From Eledone cirrhosa (taxonomy: Eukaryota), in NCBI GenBank assembly GCA_964016885.1, contig OZ024748.1:11842001-11906000 (forward strand): a DNA stretch of 64,000 bases, read 5' to 3'. Of this stretch, positions 53,944-64,000 are shown one piece after another. The translations under genes were made by a program, and so were the position numbers. Positions within the stretch are counted from its first letter, which is position 1. Each line of letters starts with the position of its first letter. The notes under the pieces are model-generated. The model made no database searches, was not told the origin of the DNA, and saw only the letters and a program-made list of their open reading frames with translations.

Positions 53944-56400
53944 ATGACTGACTCGGCTGACATATTGGATTTGTACTTGGACGATGTTGATGTTTGTCCG
54001 ACTCCTAGTCTCTTAGATGGAGTCTCTGATGATAATGGTGTGCTCTCCCCGGGATTAGAACACGGCCTGTCCTCGACACTCACTCAAGATGACCCATTAC
54101 AACAGTCACCATTCAGCCAGATATCTGGCCTGGTCTCGTCGACGCAGTTCGACTTCAGTCAGTTTGTCACCCCCAAGCTCCATCACATCAGTGATCCATC
54201 CCTAGGGGGTAGTCAGAATTTAATTGGCCAGACACCCCCTCATCAGTCGCTAACGAACTCCAACCCTCTTCTTCAGTCTACCAATCAGTATAGCTCATTT
54301 AACATCACAACTGGCCAAGTCATACAACAACAACAGCAACAACCACAACAACAGCAGCCACAGCAACAACAACAACAGTTGGATTTAGTGCAAAATTCTG
54401 TGTGGAGCACTGGGTCACAGGCCGGCAATTGTTTTTTACAAACAGCACAACAGACTCAAGTTGCATTGGAGGATGTGTCGCAAGACAATGGCAACACCGT
54501 TAACATAAATACGTCTGCGTATTTAACGCATCACGATTATGCATTGCCTGCTGCACAACAGCCACTAGCTCGACTTTCCCACTTCCCCGACAACACCGAC
54601 CCCTCAAATCAAACGCAGTCGTTGCTAACTGCATCACTTCAGTCCACTTCCACACCATCTAATTCTCTTCTTAGCACTGTGCCTATCACTGCAACTAATG
54701 TTGCAAACTCCCTGAATCACTTACAACAACAGCAGCAGCAACAACAACAACAAACGTTGTTTTCTTCTACCTCTCAGGTAGCTTTGGCTGCTTCTAACAT
54801 TACGGTAAATAACTTTGGTACGATTTCCTCACAGCAAATGCCTCATACATTTAGTCAGACTGATTTCCTTGATACCACCACTGCCCAAAACGCTCAACAG
54901 TTACTGCAACAACAACAACAAGAATTACTGCAGCAACAACAACAGCAGCAGCAGCAAGAATTGCTACAACAGCAACAGCAGCAAGAATTACTACAACAAC
55001 AACAACAACAACAAGAATTATTACAACAGCAGCAGCAAGAATTATTACAACAACAGCAACAGCAACAACTACTTCAGCAGCAGCAACTACAACAACAACA
55101 GCAGCAGCAGCAGCAACAAGTTTGTAATGGACCAGCTATGTTGAGCTCAGGGACCAACCAACAACATGTAGTGGTCAGTGGTAACACAACAGCTAACAAC
55201 ATTGTCCAACAATACACATTTCCTGCAATCCATGCCCAGTCACCACAAATTCAACTGCAGCCCTCGTCACAGTCGACTAGTGGATCTGACCAGCTGAGTC
55301 ACTTCAATTCTGGCCATGCTACAGTAGCAGCAGCTGCTGTCGCTGCTGCCACTACCACCACTGCTACTAGTACTACTGCCAGTACTGGTACTACCATGCA
55401 GCACAATGTGCAGTATCAGCCCACTTTCCAAGCTGAACTGCAGTCGCAACAACAACAAGTGCAACAGCAGCAGTGTGTTAGTCTAGCGACAATAGCATCC
55501 ACACCGAGGAGTGCACAACCATCATCTCAGTCAGGACTAGATCACATCACCAACCCAGCCCAAATCACTTTCAAACAGACCAGCTTTCAACAGCTGGAAC
55601 AGTTAGTAACCGGTAACTTAAATTCCAACTTACAACAAAATCCTTCGACCAATTCCACTGGCAACATCATAATGCAAACGCCGTTGCTAGGCAACCAGGT
55701 CGACGCGGCAGTTACCGTGGCAGCCCAGACAACTACGCCAGTGTCGAACATCACCACCTATGTAACGAACAGTTTCCAAGGCACGGCGTCGAGCGGTGTT
55801 GGAAGCACAACACTGCCGACCACCACTACAAGTAGCACGACTGCAGTCACCGCCAAGGTAAACCGGTCTATTGGGTTAGTACTAAATGCTACCAACCTAC
55901 AGGTGTGTAGTGCTTTAGGTCCTAATCAATCCAAGTGTGTGATTATTCCTTGTACCACAGCAGCTGCTCAGGCAGCAAATAACCAACAACAACAAATTCA
56001 AATATCAGATAATGGGACTCAGCTCCGTGCTGTGCCATCTACGGCAGCAACATACAGTAACATCGTTAAAATCCAACCCCACGGTCAGTTAGGCAAAGGG
56101 CAGCAGATCCATTTAATACGAACTGGACAATCTGGCCAGGTGTTACAAATTCAAACACAGGGCTCCTCCCAAACAACAACGTTGCCTTTAAATCAGTTAT
56201 TGACCTCAAACCTTGCCCAATTGGTCACAACTGACCAGGTGGGTTCGAATTCGGATGTTAATCTTCAGGCTACCACGCTCACCAACCGTATGGGTCAGCC
56301 AATTCAGTTGGCCACTGTCAACTCACAACAGCCTGTAACATCTCAGCCAACGTCCATCGTGCTCACAACAACACCTCAGACCATTTTAACTCCTGCAAGA
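53944..56400 (+). CDS. CHD6-9/Kismet-family remodeller, first coding exon (819 aa, Q/S/T-rich)
   Basis: Long ORF whose N-terminus MTDSADILDLYLDD..LDGVSDD resembles CHD8/CHD9 starts (recalled). Donor AGA|gtaagt, phase 0. No symbol given because the vertebrate paralogue cannot be assigned. Confidence 0.9.
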
Positions 56401-56657
56401 GTAAGTTGATCTATTTTTCTTTTCTTTTTATTTTAATCTCTCTTCTCTCTATCTCTCCGCTCTTTCTTACTCTTTTTTTCACTTGCTCTCTTTCTCTCAA
56501 CCCCTCTTTCTCACACTCTCTCTTAATCTATTCCTCCCACACACTCTCTTTCTCCACTTCTCTCTCTATACATCTCTCCTTTCACCTCTCTTTTTCTTCT
56601 TTTCCTTTTCTCTCTCTTTAACTCTTTCTCTTTTACTTTATATATTTTTCTCACATT

Positions 56658-56843
56658 GTGGATTGGCAGTATCGGTAGAGGGTCGGACGCCATGCTTTCC
56701 AGCATAGTTACGTCCCTTTACGATCTGAGTTCAAATCCCGCCGAGGTTGACTTTGCCTTTCATCCTTACGGGGTCGATAAAATAAAGTACCAGTAATGCA
56801 CTGGGTAATTGCTGGCCTTGTGCCTAAAGTAGAAACAATTATT
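56658..56843 (+). mobile_element. SINE family 1, young copy
   Basis: Almost identical to 6942-7123. Confidence 0.9.
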
Positions 56844-57349
56844 ATACTTTTTCATTTTTTTTTTCTCTCAGCACAAATACGGATGTTATTTGCATATGAT
56901 AATTTCATTTTAATAATTAAAGGATTTGGCCATTGGATGAACATTTCCAGATTCTAACTAATTAATACAAAAGCTATGTCTGTCTGTGTGTGGATATATG
57001 TGCTGGTGCTACAACAAAATGCACAAATCTGTCTTACAGATGCCATAATAAAAATCATCCAGTTCACCCTGTTAGGTGGCAGTGCTGGTGTCATGATAAA
57101 AAACACTAAGTATATATATATATATATGGTATCAATTTTAATATACCAAAACTAATGATTTCCAAAGCTTGGCTGCCTGTCTTTCCATTGTTTTTTCCAT
57201 TGTCTTTGTTCTCTGCTCCCTATTTTGAATATGTGTGCATGGAAATCTATATTTTTGGTTTGGTTTACATTGATTGATTGTTTATTGAATCTTGAGACAG
57301 TTTATTGTTTATCATTGACTGAAATATTTCTTTGTGTGTTCTCTGTCAG

Positions 57350-57966
57350 CAGACAATCCAAGTAAGCAATGCCAACAGTCTAGTGCCTTCTCAACTACAG
57401 CCAGGAACCACAACTAAAGTGATGACTGTAGCCAAGTCTTCTATCCCTTCAGTCACCGGTCTTCCTATTGGTCAGCAGACATTCATGATAACATCAGCGT
57501 CAGGGGCATTGTCAAAGTTACAAGCCAATGGTGGCACTGTAGAAGTGACCAGTGTCAGCTCACCAAAGACACAACCACGGACTAAAGTAATCAGCTTGAC
57601 AGTGAGGCCATCAACAAACAAAGCATCTACGTCCACTTCGACCTCTACTTCTACGTCTACGTCCACCTCGACAGCACCGAAGATGGAGAGAAAACGAAAC
57701 ACACCTTCGAAGAGCAAGAAGAAGACGTACAAAACCCCACAAGACAAAGCTGATGAGATAATTGCACAGGCGTTAGTGGATGCCCAACAGAAAGGGATTA
57801 CACAAATACCCCGAGTGGTGCGTGTTGCTGGAGCTGGCACTGACAAGAAAGACGACTCAGGAGATAAACTCGATAAACCCAAGAAGAAACGGGAACGCAA
57901 ACCCAAAGCTCCGAAAGAGAGAAAAGCGAAGCCAGTGAAAAGATCAAAAGCTGTGAAAAAGAGACG
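57350..57966 (+). CDS. CHD6-9/Kismet coding exon 2
   Basis: Acceptor ctctgtcag (phase 0), donor CG|gtaagt (phase 2). QDKADEIIAQALVDAQQKGITQIPRVV matches CHD8 QEKANRIVAEAIARARARGEQNIPRVL (recalled). K/R-rich NLS-like end. Confidence 0.92.
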
Positions 57967-58588
57967 GTAAGTTCCATCTCAGTTTCAATAAGATTCATTG
58001 CCTGGTGTTTAAGGTGTTGAACTCATCATACAGTCATGGGTTCAGTTCCTGGAATGATTGGTGTGTTATATTCTTGAGAAAAATGCTCTACTTCATGTTA
58101 CTCTACCATGGTGTTTAGGGTTTTGAACTCCTGATCATACAGTCATGGGTTCAATTCCTGGAATGACTGGTGGGTTGTGTTCTTGAGAAAAATTCTTTTC
58201 CATGTTACTTTTCATAATAGGACTTGGGCCCCTATTATTAAAACACTCAAGAAACATCATGAGATATTTCTTTTTCTTTTGTATCTCCCAACAAAGTAAG
58301 TGGTTGTTTGGGGGCCACTACTGTATTAGTGGTTACTTGTGGTTTTGTTGGGACCCTGCTATTTACTGGGGGCTTTGTAGGAGTCTGCTGTAGTACTGGT
58401 TACATGGGCCCCTGCTGTATTACTGGTTACTTGTGGTCTGCTCTATGTCTGGTTACTTGGGACCCTGATGTATCTCTAGTTTACTTGGAGCCTTGTTTAG
58501 CAGTAAATTTTGATAAAAACCAAGCAGATGTTTAACTGTGTATATAATCTGTGTATTTATCTCCCCCTGTTTTCCTCTGTCTTTCCAG

Positions 58589-58697
58589 AAAACCTATAAC
58601 AATTATGCGAAAGAAGAAATCTGTTGGATCTGATAACTCTGACATGGAAGTAACTCCACCACCATCACCAAAAGATCATAATGATAGTTTAATTCAG
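58589..58697 (+). CDS. CHD6-9/Kismet coding exon 3
   Basis: Acceptor ctttccag, donor CAG|gtaagt, frame-compatible. SDNSDMEVTPPPSPKD..LIQ matches the CHD8 SDNSDVEV and CHD7 TPPPSP motifs (recalled). Confidence 0.92.
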
Positions 58698-58994
58698 GTA
58701 AGTTGGTTGTATTTTTTTTTTTTTTTTTTTTTTTTGTGGTACTCATTTTCAGTTGAGTATAGTGGAGCAATGTAAAATGAAGTGTTTTGCTCAACAACAA
58801 AACATACAACACAGTCCAGGAATTTGAATGCATGACATTATGATCATAAGTCCAACATCCATACCACTAGGCCACTCTCTAGTGCTGATACCACAATAAC
58901 AGTGCACTCTGTAGAGTTTGGAAATATGCATGAAAGCAAGTTATAATCTCTAGCCTGCCTGAGAGATTAGTTGCTCCAGATTAAGTACTGACTG

Positions 58995-59794
58995 GGTCTG
59001 TGATGAGTCATCCAACCTTTGCTTGGAGTATACTGACCCATCCAACCTTTGCTTGGATTATACTGACCCATCCAACAGTTGTTAGGTCTTTATTGACCTA
59101 TTCAACCTTTGCTTGAACTATTCAACCTTTGCTAGGTCTTTATTGACCCATCCAACCTTTGCTTGATCTATAATGACCCATTCAACCATTGCTAGATCTA
59201 TAATGACCCATCCAACCATTGCTTGGTTTATAATGATCCATTCAACCATTGCTTGGTCTATAATGACTCATTCAACCTTTGCTAGGTCTATGATGACCCA
59301 TCCAACCATTACTTGGTCTGTGATGATCCATTCAACCTTTGTTTGGTCTATAATGACCCATTCAACCTTTGCTTGGTCTATGATGACTCATTCAACCTTT
59401 GCTTGGTCTATGATGACCCATCCAACCATTGCTAGGTCTATGATGACCCATCCAACCTTTACTAGGTCTATGATGACCCATCCAACCTTTGCTAGGTCTA
59501 TGATGATCCATTCAATCGTTTCTAGGTCTTTGATGACCCATCCAACCATTGCTAGGTCTATGATGACCCATCCAACCATTGCTAGGTCTATGATGACCCA
59601 TTCAACCTTTGCTTGGTCTATGATGACCCATTCAACCTTTGCTTGGTCTATGATGACCCATCCAACCATTGCTAGGTCTATGATGACCCATCCAACCATT
59701 GCTAGGTCTATGATGACCCATCCAACCATTGCTTGGTCTATGATGACCCATCCAATCTTTGCTAGGACTATGAGGATCCATCCAACCTTTGCTA
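58995..59794. repeat. 30-bp minisatellite (tgatgacccatccaaccattgctaggtcta)n, ~26 copies
   Basis: Directly visible; more degenerate at the left end. Confidence 0.95.
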
Positions 59795-60372
59795 GCAGAG
59801 AAAATAGATATTAAGTGATAATAATGATATATATAAAACATAACTTATCAGAGATTGTGGTAATGTTTGGTGGTGTTGTTGTTGTTGTTGTTACTGTTGT
59901 TGGTGTTGTTAGTGTTGTTTTTGTTGGTGTTGTTAGTGTTGGTGGTGGAGGTGTTGATATTAATATGATTAACACTAACACTATTTGATAGCTGTGACGA
60001 CACATACGCACACATTAGCTGTGATGGCATACACACACACACACACACACACACTAGTGGTGATGACATGCACAGACACTAATTGTGACGGCACACACAC
60101 ATACCAGCTGTGACGACACACACATACACACACACTCATATTAACTGTGATGGCACACACACACACTATCTGTGGTGTCACACACACACACTATAAGCTG
60201 TGACGACATACATGCACACATATTAACTGTGATGGCACACACACACACACAAGCCATGACAACACCCACACACTATAAGCTGTAATGCTATGCACACACA
60301 CACACACACACTCACTAGTTGTGTGTACTAATTTTGGTAAAACTGTAAAAATAATTAGATAAATAAATAAAT

Positions 60373-60754
60373 GGAGGCACATGGCTTAGTGGTTAGGGCA
60401 TTGACCTTGCAATCGAAAGGTTGTGAGTTCAATTCTCGGACTGGGTGATGTGTTGTTTCCTTGAGCAAGACACTTTATTTCACATTGCTCCAGTTTACTC
60501 AGCTGTAGAAATGAGATGATAGGGACTGGGGGCCCTATCATTCCACTACAAAGTGGTCGTGGAGGTGCCACGGCAAAAAAGCACCCAGCCCACACTGTAA
60601 AGTGGACGTGTAGGTACCACGGAAAAAAAGCACCCAGCGCTCACTGTAAATGAGGTTGGTGTTAGGAAGGGCATCCAGCTGTAGAAATCAAGCCAGAATC
60701 AGTTCCCGTCCCACCCTTGCAAGCAGGGAAAAGCGGGCATAAAATGATGATGAT
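60373..60754 (+). mobile_element. SINE family 2 copy with a duplicated internal unit
   Basis: Reverse complement of the 51.6 kb copy plus one extra cacccagc..cactgtaaa unit. Confidence 0.9.
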
Positions 60755-62821
60755 AAATAAAAACAATAACCAAAAACAGTAGTGGGAGGCAGGGAGATAG
60801 TTGGAATGGCATGTCGCATGCACATGTTAGAGGTGTGTGTGTGGGGTGTGGGGGGTGGGAGTGAACAAGAGTAATAGATAGGTAGGTATATATTGCCAGC
60901 AATGAAAACAAGATGACAATAATATAATGTGTGTTTATATATATGTGTGTGTGTGTTTATATCTATATATGCATGTATGTATATATGTATGTGTGTCTAT
61001 TTATATCTATATATGTATGTGTCTGTGTGTGTGTGTGTGTGTATTTATATCTATTTATGCATATATGTATGTGTGTGTGTGTGTGTGTCTATATCTATAT
61101 ACGCATGTATGTATATGTATGTGTGTGTGTATTTATATCTATATATGCATGTACATATATATGTGTGTGTGCATGTGTACATGAACGTGTGTGTGTGTGT
61201 GTACATGTATATATATATATTTGTGTGTGCATGTGTACATGAACATGTGTGTGTGTGTGTACATGTATATATATATATTTGTGTGTGTATGTGTCTATAT
61301 ATATTAGCTGAAAGTAGCCATCCATCATTATTTAGCTAACTAATCCATGAGTTAGATAACACTGACTGATGGCTGGAGGGTATGATAGAGAGGTGGGGGG
61401 GGGGGGGAGTTGGTGCAGGTGTAGTGAGAGATATAGATATAGAGAGAGAGGAGCAAGAAGAGAGGAGAGGAAGATAGAAGGAATAAGATGACAGTAATGG
61501 TGGAGGGGAGAGGAGGGTAGAGAGAAGGTAAAAGGAAGAAGATGAGAGAGGTGGAAGGTAGAGAGAGATAGAAGGAACAAATTGAGGGAGGGAGAGAGAG
61601 TGGAGGGGAGAGGAAGGTAGAGAGATATAGAAGGAACAAGATGAGGGGAGAGAGGTGGAAAAACAATGAACTTTGTTGTAGGAAAGAGAAAGAGAACAAG
61701 GGGGTGACTGAGGGAGAGACAGGGGGAGTGACAAAGAGGAGGAGAGAGGTAAGGAACAGGAAGTGAGAGAGAGAGAGAGTGTTTGAGAGGTGTGGTGAGG
61801 GGATGACTAATTATCTACAGTAGTAATTTTTCAATAGATTCCCTCATAATCATCATAATTCCCTCACACACACACACGTGTGTATGTGTGTGTGTTAGAG
61901 TATGAGAGAGAGAGAGAGAGAGAGCCTGTGTGTGATAGTGATCATGAGAGAGAGTCTCTGTGTGTATATATGAGTGCTGTGTGTATGTGTATGTTCTAGT
62001 GTGTGTATGTATGTATGTTGCTAAGTTGGATTTTCTAGTTTATTTTTGTTGTCTTTGTTACAAACATGAGAAGGCGAGAGAGTGTGTGTTTGGGCGTAAG
62101 ATAGATATTGCGTTTGTGTGTGAGACAGAAAGTGTGTTTTTTGTATTTATGTCTCTGTTGGTGTTTGTGTGTGTGAGAGAGACAGAGAATTGTATGTGTT
62201 TGTGTATATGAGACAGTGTGTGTGTTTGTGTATATGAGACTGTGTGTGTATGAGAGACAGTATGTGTGTCTATGAGAGACAGAGTATGTGTGTCTATGAG
62301 AGACAGAGAATGTGTGTGTTTGTGTATGTGAGACTGTGTTTATGTTTGTGTGTATGAGAGACAGAGAGTGTGTGTATCAGAGAGACAGAGAGTGTGTTCA
62401 TGTTTGTGTGTATGATAGAGAGAGGGGAGGAAGATCTGATGTCTCTGGAATATAAATAGGAAAAAAAAACAAAACATTTCAGAACTTGAGTGTGTGTGTG
62501 TGTTTTTTTTTGGGGGTCATTCTGTTGTGTATGGCAATGTGTGTATGTCTGTGTGTGTGTGGGTGGGAGAGAGAAAGTGATTGTGTGTCGGTATTTAAGA
62601 TTGTGTATGTTTGTCCCTACAGGTGTATGTGGGTATGTAAGACTGTATGGCTGTGTGTGTGTGAGGTGTATGTGCGTATTTAATACTGTGTATGTCTGCA
62701 GGTGTGTATATGTTAAAGAGAGAGAGAGAGAGTGTGTGGTTATGTAAAATTGTGTGCGGCAGTGTGTGCATAGCTATGTGTGTGTGTGTGTGTGGGAGAG
62801 GGGGCATTATGTGGCCGTGTT

Positions 62822-62854
<33 letters not shown>

Positions 62855-63089
62855 TTGTGTGTATGTAAGATTGTGTGTATATCTGTGTATGTTAGTGTGT
62901 GGGTATGTAAGACTGTGTGTGTGACATTGCACATTCTTGCAGGTGTGTGTGTGTGTGTAACAGGCTGTGGTTTTCCCATGCACTTCTTTTGTATGAGGAT
63001 CAATGGAAGAGATTTTTTTTACGAAAAGGTGTGTATGCATGTATATATATATGTGTGTGTATTTGTATCATTTGTATATGCATGTATGC

Positions 63090-63122
<33 letters not shown>

Positions 63123-63349
63123 CGTCTTTGTACATGTGTGTATGTGTATGTACACAACCATGCATACATGTATATATGTATTTGTGCATGTATGTATATG
63201 TTTTGTACATATGTATGTATGTGTGAAGTTTGTATGTATATGTGTTAGTACATATATTAGTGTGTTGTGTGTATATTCAAATGTTTATTGTTGTATATAT
63301 CTCCAGGTATAACTCGGTTTACCTCATTTTTGAAGTGAGTGGATTTTTC

Positions 63350-63741
63350 TTTGGTAGAGTGTCGGACAATGTTTTGTAGCATATAGTTATGTCCCTTTAG
63401 GTTCTGAGTTCAAATCCCACTGAGGTTAACTTTGCCTTTCTTCCTGACGGGAGTCGATGAAATAAAGCACCAATAATGTACTGGGGTCGATTTAACCCTT
63501 TAGCATTTACATTTCTCTATATATACTATTGTATTTTCACAGTAAAGGCTTTACCTCACATAATATCGAATCTGAGAACAATACTTTTAAATCAGTATGA
63601 GTGGCCAGTTACGGCCAGTTTGAATAGATAAAAGTGAGAGAATTCTGGCCGGATACAGCCAGTTTAAATACTAAAGGGTTAATCGGCTTTCTCCCTCTCT
63701 CCAAATTGCTGGCCTTGTGCCTAAAGTAGAAATGATTATTC
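63350..63741 (+). mobile_element. Family 1 SINE interrupted by a piggyBac-like MITE (63492-63682)
   Basis: TTAA is duplicated on both sides, TIRs are ccctttagcattta / taaatactaaaggg, and the SINE sequence resumes after the insert. Confidence 0.85.
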
Positions 63742-63803
63742 TATGTACTACAGATGCACCTTTGATGAGTTGTAGTGCACATGAGCACTGTACACAGTAA
63801 TTT

Positions 63804-63849
<46 letters not shown>

Positions 63850-63851
63850 AG

Positions 63852-63977
63852 AAGCGGAGATCAGCTCGTAATACGAAAAGAAAAAAATATTGTGATGATG
63901 TGGATATCAGTTTTTCTGATGATAACCCTGACATTGATGTTGAAGCTTTGGAAGGAACACCTCTCATCAATAAAATG
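63852..63977 (+). CDS. CHD6-9/Kismet coding exon 4 (KRRSARNTKRKKYCDDVDISFSDD...INKM)
   Basis: Acceptor tacag, donor ATG|gtaata, phase 0. Matches CHD7/8 KRRSxRQVKRKxYTEDL just before chromodomain 1 (recalled). Confidence 0.9.
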
Positions 63978-64000
63978 GTAATATATTCTCTCTCTCTCCC

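Noticed and set aside
59173-59814. 213-aa MMTHPTIARS repeat ORF
   Set aside because: A 30-bp intronic minisatellite; CHD exons 3 and 4 join in frame without it.

Overview
Repeat-rich, AT-rich eukaryotic DNA, most likely a coleoid cephalopod (Octopus-like; inferred from the SINE/RTE repertoire and microsatellite density, not verified). Two spliced genes lie head-to-head. INTS3 (Integrator subunit 3; minus strand) has four short 5' coding exons at 5745-970 and continues off the left edge; the ORF track mostly misses it. A CHD6-9/Kismet-type chromatin remodeller (plus strand) has a probable promoter near 18-19 kb, candidate non-coding exons, and coding exons at 53944-63977; its chromodomains and helicase lie beyond the right edge. 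The rest is transposons and repeats: RTE LINEs (the three long copies carry a PHD-like finger inside the RT region), two tRNA-derived SINE families, CRE-clade remnants, a solo LTR, piggyBac/mariner/Tc1/hAT-type MITEs, five homogeneous minisatellite arrays and many microsatellites. Most ORF-track entries are repeat artefacts. There is no CRISPR array or prokaryotic system. Best leads: (i) fold-back hairpin elements in (TA)n whose two arms co-vary, (ii) PHD-in-RT LINEs, (iii) modular 3' domains shared between SINEs and LINEs, (iv) an inverted SINE pair flanking the first CHD coding exons (circRNA/ADAR configuration). Everything was read by eye and no searches were run; repeat coordinates are approximate.
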